DNA of 64,000 nt from Deltaproteobacteria bacterium (GCA_024639185.1 JAHEIW010000001.1:24153-88152); one strand, 5' to 3'. Positions 31,620 to 41,764 are shown, counted from the stretch's first letter. Notes: generated by a model not told the origin, from the letters alone. Numbers and translations: made by a program.

Positions 31620-32801
31620 TTGAATTTTATTTTCGAAATTTTGCTGGCGACGTGGGATTTACTGGTGGACGCGTCGGTTTACATTTTGTTCGGATTGCTG
31701 GTGGCCGGGCTGCTGAGGGTCTTTTTAAACCCCAGCTCGATCGCCACTCACCTGGGGCAGGGTCGTTTTAAATCCGTGCTGAAAGCAGCTTTTTTTGGCA
31801 TTCCGATTCCGTTGTGATCGTGCGGCGTGCTGCCCGCAGCCGTGTCGCTGCGCAAACAGGGCGCCAACAATGGCGCTACGACCGCATTTTTGATTTCAAC
31901 CCCCGAATCCGGGGTGGATTCCATTTCGATCACCTATGCCCTGTTGGATCCCATCATGACCGTCGCGCGTCCGGTGGTGGCTTTTATCACTGCGGCGGTT
32001 GCCGGCATTACCGAAAACCTTCTTGGGCCCAACAATGGGTCAACCCGCATCACACCGGATCTGACCTGCCCGGTGGATGGCTGCTGCGACGGGGAAAACT
32101 GTTCATCTGAAGAGCATCGCCAGCACCATACGTTCTGGGAGAAGCTTAGCGCCGGTATGCGCTTTGCCGTCGATGATCTCTGGGAAGATCTGGCTGGCTG
32201 GTTTATGATCGGAATGTTACTGGCCGGGTTGATTACAGTGCTGATTCCGCCCGATATGTTCGGTAAATATCTGGGCTCCGGCCTTCCGGCTATGCTGATC
32301 ATGCTGGCGGTCGGCATTCCGTTGTATATCTGTGCAACGGCCTCCACCCCCATTGCCGCAGCCCTGATTCTTAAAGGCGTCAGCCCGGGCGCCGCTCTGG
32401 TCTTTCTTTTAGCCGGACCGGCCACCAATATCGCCTCTTTAACGGTTTTGACCGGGGTGCTGGGCAAACGGGCTACCGCTATTTACCTGACTTCCATTGC
32501 AGTATGTGCGGTTGGTTTTGGTTTAATCGTTGACCTGGTGTATGCATCGCTGGGAATTTCAGCCCAGGCAGTGGTGGGTCAGGCCTCGGAAATTGTACCG
32601 CATTGGGCGGGGGTGATCGGTGCGTTGATGATTCTGGCGGTGTCGGTTAAACCCATCTGGAAGGCGCTGCGGGCACGCTTCAAACCTGCCGCAAAGGAGG
32701 AAGAAACCATATCTGGGACCGAAAAGACGCTGGCCGAGCCGCTGCCGGTGGTGTCCGATTGCTGCCCAACCTGTGATTGTTCATCTGATTCGCAACGCTA
32801 G
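31620..32801 (+). CDS. Predicted selenoprotein: ArsP/DUF318 (SO_0444-like) metal permease, Sec at TGA 31815-31817
   Basis: ORFs 31620-31817 and 31827-32801 are in frame; read-through gives GIPIPL-U-SCGVLP, matching the family PLCSCGV motif; second repeat PLYICATASTP. Confidence 0.85.
31836..31851 (+). other. Candidate bacterial SECIS for the permease UGA
   Basis: GCAGC-CGTGTC-GCTGC hairpin; loop starts 23 nt after the UGA with G at loop position 2. Confidence 0.55.
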
Positions 32802-32859
32802 TCTACAGAAAACAGAGGACAGAAGTCAGAAGTCAGATATCAGAGGACAGAAAACAGAA

Positions 32860-32888
32860 GTAGGGGCGGGGTTTAGCCCCGCCCCTAC
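32860..32888. repeat. GTAG-type REP palindrome between convergent genes (possible bidirectional terminator), preceded by a CAGA heptamer run at 32805-32859
   Basis: GTAGGGGCGGGG-TTTAG-CCCCGCCCCTAC perfect 12-bp stem. Confidence 0.75.
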
Positions 32889-32891
32889 ATT

Positions 32892-35414
32892 TTAATCTGA
32901 ATTTTGCATCTTTGCGACCACCAGCGTAATATCATCCTCAGATTTGAGTCCCCGGGTAAAGTGGTCCAGCTCGTCATACACGGCGCCCAGAATATGGTTG
33001 GCGTCCTCTTTCGAACAATTCCGAATCACATCTTGAAAGCGTTTCTTACCAAACATTTCCCCGTCGGGGTTGCAGGCTTCCCAGATGCCATCGGTACCGA
33101 TGGCAACGATCTGCCCGGCGGCAAGTCCGGTCTTGCGGTAGGTTTCATATCGAAAATCATCTTTGACGCCCAGGGCGATCCCCGTGCCCGCCAATTCTTC
33201 GAATGTGTTTTGCCCCGGGTCATATAGAAGGGCGGGATCATGACCGGCGCGGACCCACTGGAGATGATCATTGGGTGGATCAATGGCCATATAGAAAAGC
33301 GTCATGAAACGCCCGGTATCCAGAACATCCAGCGCCAGATGCCGATTCATTTCCGTGATGATATCAGATATGTTGCCGGATTGTGCGGCACGCATGCGCA
33401 AAAAGGCGCGCGCGGAGGTCATCAACAGAGCCGCATCCACACCGTGGCCGGTAATATCGCCAACCACGATGCTAAACGGCGCATCCGGATATTCTTTGTT
33501 GCCCAGAAAGTCAAAGTAATCCCCGCCAATTTCTTCACAGGAGACATTTTTCCCGGCTACATCCAGGCCCTGAACCCGGGGATTCGCCTGGGGAAGTAAA
33601 CTTTTTTGAACCTCGGCCGCCAGTGCCAGGGCTTTCTTCTGTTCGGTCATATCGGTCACAAAGGCCATGTTTCCAATGATGTTGTCCCTGTCGTCACGCA
33701 AGGTGTTGCCGTGAACAAGCACCGGTATATGCCGGCCGTCCCGGGCAACCAGGGTACATTCGAATCGGCGGTATTCCTTGGACAGAATTTTTTCCTGGTT
33801 GATCTGCATAAATTGTTTAAAATCATCTGTGGCCAGATCCAGCGGTGTTTTGCCAAGAATTTCGTTTTTGGCGTATCCGATCATCTGGCAATAGGCCTGA
33901 TTGGCATCCGTAATGACCAGATCTTCATTCATCAGAATAAAGCCCTCGCCGGCAGTGGTAACGATGCGGCGGTATTTTTCCTCGCTTTTGCGCAGGGCTG
34001 CTTCTTTCTGCTGGATTTCGCGGCGGGCTTCGTCGACTTCCTGAATGATTTTATGATGCATGCGCGCATTGAAATCCTTTATTTCTTCCATACGCTGACG
34101 GTAGATTTCCGAGCGCTTCAGTTTGCGTGTTAAAAACGCATTGGCCTGCCTCAGCTGTGCAAGCGTCTGCCGGTCATCCGGTTGAATGTCAGTCGCTTTG
34201 GAATGCGCAGATGCGTCCGGTCGCGATTGTTTTGTTTTAGGGCGATCCTGACTTTCCCCGTTTTTCTGGCCGACCAGCAGGGTCACCAGAGTGGCACCAT
34301 GGATAAAGCTGTCCTGGCCTTTTACCAGGGGGGCGATTTCACCGAATGAATAAAACCCGCTTACCGGCACCTGCGCTGGAAGATGGTCCTGTAAAATTTT
34401 TAATTCTTCCCCAACCTGCGTGCCTAAAACATCCTTGCGAAATGCACACGAGAAGGCCAACCCGAAGGCTGGATCGAATTCGCTGTTGCCGATGCTCAAT
34501 TTTTTTATGGAGGCTTTTGTGTCGTCAATCATTATCTCTCGGATGGCCTCGGTTAGCTGAACTGTCGACCCTTCGGGTATGGATTCCGAGAAGGTAATAC
34601 TGCCATCCGGGTTGTAGGTGATCGGGGCGCGCAGGTAAAAGCGCTCGCTGTTTTCTTCGTACACTGCCAGAACGAATTCCCGGGCCGGCTCTGTATGATC
34701 GCCCAGGTAATGGCGGTAGAAGTTTACGGCGCTCACATCTGCAATTTCTTTAATGGTACGGCCCTCGGCCGCTGTTACCCGGGCCTTTTTGCCAACCGGC
34801 TTCCAGCTGTTGGCAATGGAAAATGCATATTCGAGCGGTCCGCCGAATACCAGGATCGGCATAGAATCCTGCAGGATTTCGTCATTATAAAATTGCAGGA
34901 TGGTTTCGTTTTCATGCCAGAGGGTGCCGGCGGCGCCGCCAAAAACCGGACAGCCATGACCCAGTTCATGGTTGAGCCTTTGTATTATCGGGTCAAATGA
35001 ACGATTGTAGCCGTCGGGGAGCGCCAGACAGAGCGCTGGCTGCTGAGATAGCCCGTTTTGGGCCTGCTTGACGGCGTTTTTAACCGCCAGATCGGGATTT
35101 TTCGACAACTGTCGGCCAATACCGGCGGCGATTTCAATTTGATCCGCGCAAAAGACCATCAGAACAATCGAATCGTCGCTGAAGCCGTAGCTGGATGAAA
35201 ATTCGCCGGAGGTGGTGCAACCGATAAGCGCCAGGTCCGGAAAGCTGCCGTTGATATGATCGAGCATCAACCGGTGATCGAAGTTGATGCCGGCAAAAAC
35301 AATGCCGGCCCGGGGCGCCCGGCCGTGCAGTTGCTGCCGGCACTGGTTGATGGCACGCTCAACCGCCCTCTGTGTGTCGATATCCTCTGCCTGGCCCAAA
35401 CTGGCGATAATCAT
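32892..35414 (-). CDS. FIST-PAS-SpoIIE (PP2C) phosphatase
   Basis: FIST (IGCTTSGE, VFGGAAG, FSCAFR, GFYSFGEI), PAS, PP2C (GGDYFD, GDITGHG, TDG, DDIT). Confidence 0.92.
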   Translation of the reverse strand: MIIASLGQAEDIDTQRAVERAINQCRQQLHGRAPRAGIVFAGINFDHRLMLDHINGSFPDLALIGCTTSGEFSSSYGFSDDSIVLMVFCADQIEIAAGIGRQLSKNPDLAVKNAVKQAQNGLSQQPALCLALPDGYNRSFDPIIQRLNHELGHGCPVFGGAAGTLWHENETILQFYNDEILQDSMPILVFGGPLEYAFSIANSWKPVGKKARVTAAEGRTIKEIADVSAVNFYRHYLGDHTEPAREFVLAVYEENSERFYLRAPITYNPDGSITFSESIPEGSTVQLTEAIREIMIDDTKASIKKLSIGNSEFDPAFGLAFSCAFRKDVLGTQVGEELKILQDHLPAQVPVSGFYSFGEIAPLVKGQDSFIHGATLVTLLVGQKNGESQDRPKTKQSRPDASAHSKATDIQPDDRQTLAQLRQANAFLTRKLKRSEIYRQRMEEIKDFNARMHHKIIQEVDEARREIQQKEAALRKSEEKYRRIVTTAGEGFILMNEDLVITDANQAYCQMIGYAKNEILGKTPLDLATDDFKQFMQINQEKILSKEYRRFECTLVARDGRHIPVLVHGNTLRDDRDNIIGNMAFVTDMTEQKKALALAAEVQKSLLPQANPRVQGLDVAGKNVSCEEIGGDYFDFLGNKEYPDAPFSIVVGDITGHGVDAALLMTSARAFLRMRAAQSGNISDIITEMNRHLALDVLDTGRFMTLFYMAIDPPNDHLQWVRAGHDPALLYDPGQNTFEELAGTGIALGVKDDFRYETYRKTGLAAGQIVAIGTDGIWEACNPDGEMFGKKRFQDVIRNCSKEDANHILGAVYDELDHFTRGLKSEDDITLVVAKMQNSD

Positions 35415-35582
35415 GTGTCATTACTCCTGTTGCTATATATTTATTACAATTAACCCACCACCGATAATATGTCTATTCTAAAAGAAAATTCAACTTTTTC
35501 TTGACAAATTCAACTGAAAGGTTAATTATTCCAAGTTTTATAATGGTGAAAAAAGCCAATTATGAATAAGGAGGCGAACTCG

Positions 35583-36209
35583 ATGTACGCGGTAGTGACT
35601 TCAGGCGGTAAACAATATAAAGTTGAAGAAGGAGAAACCTTGCGGGTTGAAAAGATTACCGGTAAGGTCGGCAGCTCGATAACATTTGATCAGGTATTGA
35701 TGATTTCCGACGGCAGCGATGTCAGTATCGGCCAACCCGTGCTGTCCGATGCGGTCGTTGAAGGCCACATTGTCGAACAGGGCAGGGCGAATAAAATTAT
35801 CGTTTTTAAATATAAGCGTCGCAAGCGTTACCGCCGCAAGCAAGGGCATCGCCAGCAATACACAGCCATTAAAATAGACAGCATAAAGGCCAAAGGCATA
35901 AAAGCCCGCAAGAAGGCCGAACCTGATGGTGAAGCGAAAAAACCTGTGGCTGAAAAAGTGAAACCCGCTGAAAAGAAAGCAGCGGCCGAAACGAAACCTG
36001 CTGAGGCCCCAAAAACCGCCGCAAAACCAAAAGAAGCAAAAAAACCTGTGGCTAAAGCAGCGCCTGCGAAAAAAGCGGCTCCGCGAAAGGTAGCAGCAAA
36101 AAAGCCGGCGGCCAAAAAGGCAGCCCCTAAGAAGGCGACCGCTGCAAAAGCGGCCCCAAAGAAAGCAGCGGCCAAAAAGCCGGCGACCAAACCCAAAGAA
36201 AAAAGCTAA
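35583..36209 (+). CDS. rplU: 50S ribosomal protein L21 with long Lys/Ala/Pro-rich C-terminal tail
   Basis: MYAVVTSGGKQYKV...KYKRRKRYRRKQGHRQ; GGAGG RBS before ATG 35583. Confidence 0.97.
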   Translation: MYAVVTSGGKQYKVEEGETLRVEKITGKVGSSITFDQVLMISDGSDVSIGQPVLSDAVVEGHIVEQGRANKIIVFKYKRRKRYRRKQGHRQQYTAIKIDSIKAKGIKARKKAEPDGEAKKPVAEKVKPAEKKAAAETKPAEAPKTAAKPKEAKKPVAKAAPAKKAAPRKVAAKKPAAKKAAPKKATAAKAAPKKAAAKKPATKPKEKS

Positions 36210-36254
36210 CGAAGCACCCCAAAACATTGACATAATGTGTAAGGAGCATTAACC

Positions 36255-36509
36255 ATGGCTCATAAAAAAGCAGCGGGAAGTTCTAAAAACGGACGCGACA
36301 GTAACGCGCAACGGCGCGGTGTTAAACGCTACGGCGGCCAAAAGGTAAAGGCCGGCAATATCCTCGTACGTCAGCTGGGAACCCGAATCCATCCGGGAGA
36401 TAACGTCGGCATGGGCAAGGATTACACGCTTTTTGCCAAGATCGATGGTATTGTAGCCTATGAAAGAGTCGGCCGTTCGCGCAAAAAAGTCAGCATACAT
36501 GCCGAGTGA
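36255..36509 (+). CDS. rpmA: 50S ribosomal protein L27
   Basis: [16 protein letters not shown]... Confidence 0.98.
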   Translation: MAHKKAAGSSKNGRDSNAQRRGVKRYGGQKVKAGNILVRQLGTRIHPGDNVGMGKDYTLFAKIDGIVAYERVGRSRKKVSIHAE

Positions 36510-37513
36510 AATTTATTGATGAAGCACTGATCACCGTGCAGTCCGGTGACGGCGGGCGGGGATGCGTCAGTTTGCGGCGTGAAAAACATGTTCCCCGCGG
36601 CGGCCCGGATGGCGGTGATGGTGGTAAAGGCGGAGATGTCATTTTAAAAAGCTCATTGCGCCGCCGCACCCTCTATCCATTTCAATTCAAACGCCAGTTT
36701 AAAGCCAAAAATGGCGCCCACGGCCAGGGCAAGCAAAAGACCGGCAGAAACGGCCCGGATCTGATCATCGAAATTCCACCTGGCACCCTTGTCAAAGACG
36801 CCGCTACCGGCGAGATTCTTAAAGATTTTATCACCGCAGGCGATTCTTATACCATCGTGCAGGGCGGCCGGGGCGGCCAGGGAAATGCGCGTTTTAAAAC
36901 ATCCACCAACCGAACCCCGCGTTTTGCCCAGCCCGGTGAAGCCGGGCAAATCCGCCATCTTAAACTGGAGCTAAAACTTTTAGCCGATGTCGGCATCATC
37001 GGCCTGCCCAATGCCGGTAAATCCACATTGATCAGCGTGATATCATCCGCCTCCCCTAAAATTGCGAATTACCCGTTTACCACCCTGACACCCACATTGG
37101 GTGTTGTCGAAACCGAATGGAGCGATCCATTTGTGGTGGCTGATATTCCCGGATTAATTGAAGGCGCTCATCAGGGGGCCGGTCTCGGCACTCAATTTCT
37201 GCGGCATATTGAGCGCACCCGCATTTTAATTCATCTGATCGATGCCGGAGCCATTGATCCGCAACATCCCCGTGATCATCTTAAAAGCGTTAACCGGGAG
37301 TTGGCATCATTCAACCCTGAGTTGACCCAAAAGCCGCAAATTGTGGTGCTCAACAAAATGGATTTGCCGGGTGCCCCCGAGGCGGCAGAGGCCTTTGTCT
37401 CAGCGCTCGATCCGGAACAGGTCTTTTTTATATCGGCGAAGGAAAACCAGGGAATCAAGCGCTTGCTCTCGCGAACCATCGAACTGCTCGATCAATCCGG
37501 CAATAACAAATGA
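36506..37513 (+). CDS. obgE: GTPase ObgE/CgtA
   Basis: [34 protein letters not shown] start overlaps the rpmA stop. Confidence 0.97.
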   Translation: MKFIDEALITVQSGDGGRGCVSLRREKHVPRGGPDGGDGGKGGDVILKSSLRRRTLYPFQFKRQFKAKNGAHGQGKQKTGRNGPDLIIEIPPGTLVKDAATGEILKDFITAGDSYTIVQGGRGGQGNARFKTSTNRTPRFAQPGEAGQIRHLKLELKLLADVGIIGLPNAGKSTLISVISSASPKIANYPFTTLTPTLGVVETEWSDPFVVADIPGLIEGAHQGAGLGTQFLRHIERTRILIHLIDAGAIDPQHPRDHLKSVNRELASFNPELTQKPQIVVLNKMDLPGAPEAAEAFVSALDPEQVFFISAKENQGIKRLLSRTIELLDQSGNNK

Positions 37514-37592
37514 GGCCGAATCGATTTAGACAAATGATTGTCCGGCAAGCAAATGATTGATTCGCACTTGAGGGATATGGTATTGAATTAAC

Positions 37593-38258
37593 ATGCGCAT
37601 TGGACTATTCGGCGGCACCTTTGACCCCATTCACCGGGGGCATTTGCAGGCTGCGTCAGAAGTTAAAAAAATTTTTAAGCTGGATCCCATTTATATAATC
37701 CCTGCGGCATTGCCTCCTCATAAAACACCGGCCTCGGTGGCGAGCGCCGATGACCGCCTTGCGATGATCCATCTGGCGATCGGCGACATTCCAGGAGTTA
37801 GCGTGTCGGATGTCGAACTGCAACGCCGCGGGCCATCGTATACAATTGACACGGTCTATCATTTTAAAAGCACCCAATCCCAAGATGCACAAATCTTTCT
37901 GATTGTGGGTATAGATGCCTTTCTCGAGATCGACACCTGGAAATCTTTCCAGGCGTTGCTCGAACAGATTTCGGTGATCGTCATGGCCCGACCCGATGAT
38001 CGGCGTCAAAGTGTGCAGCAAGGCTGGAAACAGCTGAAGGAATATCTTATATTTAACATATCGTCGGATTTCCGGTTTTCAGGCTCTCAAAACGCCTTTT
38101 TATCAGCGGGCAAGCAGCCTGTTTATGTCTGTGACGTCGGGGCGCTGGATATTTCTTCGACCCAAATCCGGCAGGCCGTTAAACACAAACAAACCATCGA
38201 AAATTGGGTGCCTGCTCCGGTAGCAGAATATATACACCAAAAAGGACTTTATACATGA
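37593..38258 (+). CDS. nadD: Nicotinate-nucleotide adenylyltransferase
   Basis: GGTFDPIHRGH, ISSTQIR. Confidence 0.95.
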   Translation: MRIGLFGGTFDPIHRGHLQAASEVKKIFKLDPIYIIPAALPPHKTPASVASADDRLAMIHLAIGDIPGVSVSDVELQRRGPSYTIDTVYHFKSTQSQDAQIFLIVGIDAFLEIDTWKSFQALLEQISVIVMARPDDRRQSVQQGWKQLKEYLIFNISSDFRFSGSQNAFLSAGKQPVYVCDVGALDISSTQIRQAVKHKQTIENWVPAPVAEYIHQKGLYT

Positions 38259-38632
38259 GCAAAGACGCGGCCGTGGCGCTTGATCTGTTCATTGAAGCAG
38301 TAACGAAAAAGAAAGCACTGAATTTAGTTGTTCTGGATGTCCAAAACCTGACATCCATTGCCGACGCCTTTATCATCTGCAGCGGGCAATCCAACCGCCA
38401 GGTAAATGCGATAGCAGATGCTGCGGTTGACCATTTAACAAAGCATAAAATTAAACCCCTCAGCGTTGAAGGCACCGGCGAGGGGCACTGGGTGTTGCTG
38501 GATTACGGCGATGTGGTCATCCACATCTTTTACGAGCCGGTGCGCGAATTTTTTGACCTCGAAGGCCTCTGGGTGGATGCCAAACGAATTGAGACCCCTG
38601 CGTTGAAAAAGCTGCAAAGCTCAAAAAAATAG
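38255..38632 (+). CDS. rsfS: Ribosome silencing factor
   Basis: WVLLDYGDVVIHIF...FFDLEGLW; ATGA overlap with nadD. Confidence 0.95.
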   Translation: MSKDAAVALDLFIEAVTKKKALNLVVLDVQNLTSIADAFIICSGQSNRQVNAIADAAVDHLTKHKIKPLSVEGTGEGHWVLLDYGDVVIHIFYEPVREFFDLEGLWVDAKRIETPALKKLQSSKK

Positions 38633-38725
38633 GAATGAGCTCTAATAGCGGGGAGCCAGTGGTGAAAGCACTAATTTAAATTTGATTCTCTGCGTTCTCT
38701 GTGAGCTCTGTTGTGAAATGTTGCG

Positions 38726-39274
38726 ATGACAAAAACGTTAAAACCCTATTCCAAGATCACCGATTTTGTGACCGGCAAAAAAATTCCCAATGTGGGTGCC
38801 GAGGAAAACCGGCAGACGGTGGAAAAATTTTTGGTCACTGAAAAGGGGTATGCCAAAGAAGATATCGAAGTCGATGTGGATCTTGACATCATAGTTGCCG
38901 GTCAGCCTTACCGCTCGCAAATTGATCTGGTCGTCAGTGTTGACGGCGGCGCCACCCGCTTCATGGCCTTTAAATGTGCGGCCGCTTCTCTGGGATCGCG
39001 CGAAAGGGAAATCCTGGCAGCTGCCCGGCTTGCGGGGGATGCTCAGATTCCGCTAAGTGTCGTATCAGACGGCAAAAGCGCAATTGTGCTGGATACGGTT
39101 TCCGGGCGTAAGCTGGGGGAGGGGCTGGATGCCATACCGTCAAAAGGCGAGGCCTTCAAGAAGCTAAATCACCTGGACCTGCAACCCTTTCCTGAAGCAA
39201 AACGGGAGCGCGAAGGCTTAATATTTCGAACCTATGACAGCATGAATGTCAATGTCGGCCGGAATATAAAATAG
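38726..39274 (+). CDS. Stand-alone HsdR-N-like (PD-(D/E)XK-fold) protein
   Basis: EENRQ...L...KGY...I, IDLVV, VVSDG pattern; no hsdM/hsdS nearby. Confidence 0.65.
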   Translation: MTKTLKPYSKITDFVTGKKIPNVGAEENRQTVEKFLVTEKGYAKEDIEVDVDLDIIVAGQPYRSQIDLVVSVDGGATRFMAFKCAAASLGSREREILAAARLAGDAQIPLSVVSDGKSAIVLDTVSGRKLGEGLDAIPSKGEAFKKLNHLDLQPFPEAKREREGLIFRTYDSMNVNVGRNIK

Positions 39275-39322
39275 GGTACAAGTCAAAGATTGAAGAAAAA
39301 CAGGGTCAAGAAGAGTGCAGGA

Positions 39323-39703
39323 TTACACTCTGGCGCCATTAATCACAATGGGCTCTGCTTCAAATTGCTGATAGGCTTCGATTAATCTGGTAGCAAACGC
39401 TATATTTTCATCGGAGTCGCCCTGAAAATTTATACCGCTTTTGTAATTTCCGTCTTTATTCTTGACGGAAAAAACCACCCTACCGATGATTCGGGTCATC
39501 TTTTCTTCCAGATCAACAAATACCAGATAGATATTTTTTTGCTGAATCATCTGGGCGGTTTCCAGCAAAATGCCGTTCTGGCTGATGTCCAGGGCAATGC
39601 CCATATTCTGTTCGCACAGAACACCATTCTTATCCATGCAATCATAGGCTACTGGATTGCACACTTTAATCCGTGGGAATTTTCGGCGGTCAAGTTTCTT
39701 CAT
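39323..39703 (-). CDS. PilZ domain protein
   Basis: RRKFPR (RxxxR) and DISQNG (DxSxxG). Confidence 0.85.
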   Translation of the reverse strand: MKKLDRRKFPRIKVCNPVAYDCMDKNGVLCEQNMGIALDISQNGILLETAQMIQQKNIYLVFVDLEEKMTRIIGRVVFSVKNKDGNYKSGINFQGDSDENIAFATRLIEAYQQFEAEPIVINGARV

Positions 39704-39911
39704 GCTATAAATATCGGTTATCTAACAAAAACCTTAAACTTTTTTTATCAAATTTCTTTATTTTTTTACAGAATTTGATTTAGCTTTTAGTTTGCATTTA
39801 GAAATGAGGAGTTTTTTCGATGAACCCCCGCCTTTCGGCGGGATTTCACATCTGTTTTTAAACGTATTATGGTGTTCAAAAGGCGTAAAACAGGTTAAAA
39901 GTGGAGCGTAC

Positions 39912-40009
39912 AATCGTGGCTGAAAGCCACTCCCATCACCTTCATGCGTCACATTGCATTAAATCTTCTATCTACATAAAAACATGTGGGAGAGGCATCT
40001 TGCCGCGAT
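39912..40009. repeat. REP doublet (REPIN-like), copy 2, inverted relative to copy 1
   Basis: AATCGTGGCTGAAAGCCACTCCCA ... TGTGGGAGAGGCATCTTGCCGCGAT. Confidence 0.75.
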
Positions 40010-40169
40010 ATATTAGCATTTTAAGCTGTCTTATAACGCAGCTATCGAGCAAAATACGGAAATTTTCACCGCTTTTCTTAGGGATAATTAAATTTGCAGA
40101 ATTGCGGTATAAGTGGTTGTAAAAAACGCTTAAAAATCAAAGCGTTTATAACAACCACTAAAATTCAAT

Positions 40170-40847
40170 TTAAAGGCCGGCGACCTCTTTCTGACAATGC
40201 TTACAAACCTTAGCCCTTTTTTTGATAATTTCCGCACAAAAAGGGCATTCCCGGGTGAAAAATCTTTTGTGAATATTTGAAATGGCGGCTTCAACCTTTT
40301 CCTGCAAAACTTTATTGCCAAAATTTAAATTCTGGATGGGCTCGATGGCTCCCAGCTCGCCAATATCACCGATCATTTCAGCGGCCTTAACCCTGACGCG
40401 CATCGGCTCTGTTACGTCCAGCAGCATCTTGAGGACCTGCGGCCCATCTTTGCTCACGTAGCAATCTGCCAATACCGAAAACCCCCTTTTGGTTGCATCT
40501 TCAAGGGCTTCCTGTTCGGCCAGCACCTGGTCGTCGATGACTTGGCCGCGTCCTCCCATACTGCTGAATACCGGCAGTATTTCATATGTATCGGTCCCTG
40601 GATAGTTCATACAGCGATAGGAGGCATTCTGAGCGTAATTCTCTTTCATGTGATCCCAGCCCCCCTCATAACAGGAGCACTGATCGTTAAAACAAATATA
40701 CAGATAGGGGGTTCCCCAACCAAGGCCGTCGCCAACGGTCACCGGCGGGACTTCCCACAGGTTCATCTCTTCACCGCAATGCGGGCAGCTGGGTTTTGCG
40801 CGGTTCAGAATTTGTTCCAGAACCTGTTCTTTGGTTTCAAATGCCAT
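40170..40847 (-). CDS. Zinc-ribbon/HEAT-like hypothetical protein
   Basis: CPHC, CFNDQC, CPFCAE...CKHC. Confidence 0.8.
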   Translation of the reverse strand: MAFETKEQVLEQILNRAKPSCPHCGEEMNLWEVPPVTVGDGLGWGTPYLYICFNDQCSCYEGGWDHMKENYAQNASYRCMNYPGTDTYEILPVFSSMGGRGQVIDDQVLAEQEALEDATKRGFSVLADCYVSKDGPQVLKMLLDVTEPMRVRVKAAEMIGDIGELGAIEPIQNLNFGNKVLQEKVEAAISNIHKRFFTRECPFCAEIIKKRAKVCKHCQKEVAGL

Positions 40848-41057
40848 TCCGTACTCTCCGTTTTTGAGCGTTTGCGAATCACTCTACTTGTAGCATGCCG
40901 TTGAGTTGTCGTTAAGTTAAGCCGCCTATTTGAAATGTCAACCAATCCTATTTTGCACGGATAACACTTAACCGAATAAGTACTATCCGTATTAAAAATT
41001 GCCGACCTCTTGATTTCTGCGAGTCGGAGGCCGATATTTAAAAGATCGATATTTGTA

Positions 41058-41087
41058 TTGACAATGTAATACTTTTAATGCTATACT
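41058..41087 (+). promoter_or_regulatory. sigma70 promoter feeding the riboswitch leader
   Basis: TTGACA-18 nt-TATACT with TG at the extended -10 position. Confidence 0.6.
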
Positions 41088-41107
41088 TACTACAAATTTT
41101 ATCAGTC

Positions 41108-41190
41108 TTTTCTGAAAAAGCCAAACCCATTGAAAGGTGGGGACGGAAAACCACGGGTCCGTCGGAGGTGGATAGCCGGGTTGCCAGATT
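41108..41190 (+). ncRNA. Cyclic di-GMP-I (GEMM-I) riboswitch
   Basis: GCCAAACCCATT-GAAA-GGTGGGGACGGAAAACCACGGGTCC...GGATAGCCGGGTTGCCAGA follows the GEMM-I layout (GNRA-capped P2, AAA junction, P3; P1 TCTG/CAGA). Confidence 0.88.
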
Positions 41191-41230
41191 TTCGGTGATC
41201 CGGCTACTTTTGTATGGAGGTTATTGTGCA

Positions 41231-41764
41231 ATGAAAAAAGATAGGATCTTTTCCCTGCGAATGAACAGCAAAGTGCGCGATGCCCTTCAACGGGCTTCGA
41301 ACAAAGAGCAGCGTTCTGTGGCCTCATTACTGCACAAAATCATCATGGATTTTTTAACCCGGGAAGGGTTTCTCAGTGACGTTGATTATGGTGCCGAGCG
41401 GCGCCAGTTTGAACGTAAGAAAATTACGGTGCCGACTGAAACGACCTTTGCTGAAGGCCAAACGCAAAAAGCGGTGCCGGGGGTTGTTTTGGATCTTTCA
41501 TTGGGTGGCGCCTTAATTACCTATCCGAAAAGTGCAGACGTCCAGTTTTCTTCGGTCGGTAAGCTGCCTGAGTTTGGACTTGAGATCCAGGTCCCCGGTG
41601 AAACGGATACACTACACTTCGACTGCAATACCAAGCACATGCGTGATACCGGAGATGAAATCCATGTGGGCGCCAGCTTCCACGATGCCAAAGAAGACCA
41701 ATTGCAGAAATTGGATGAATATCTTTTTGACAAAAAAGATAAAAAAGAAGACAGCGAAAAATAA
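41231..41764 (+). CDS. Ribbon-helix-helix-like + PilZ fusion protein
   Basis: GGAGG RBS; N-terminal IFSLRM-helix-RSVASLLHKII; ERRQFER and DLSLGG PilZ motifs. Confidence 0.8.
   Translation: MKKDRIFSLRMNSKVRDALQRASNKEQRSVASLLHKIIMDFLTREGFLSDVDYGAERRQFERKKITVPTETTFAEGQTQKAVPGVVLDLSLGGALITYPKSADVQFSSVGKLPEFGLEIQVPGETDTLHFDCNTKHMRDTGDEIHVGASFHDAKEDQLQKLDEYLFDKKDKKEDSEK

Noticed and set aside
35601..36233. Phe/Arg-rich antisense ORFs over rplU
   Set aside because: Artefact of the low-complexity Lys/Ala/Pro tail on the sense strand
38726..39274. Type I restriction-modification system
   Set aside because: Only a small stand-alone domain; no helicase, hsdM or hsdS
41108..41190. 3',3'-cGAMP (GEMM-Ib) specificity
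   Set aside because: The discriminating position reads G rather than A, so c-di-GMP is more likely; needs a binding test
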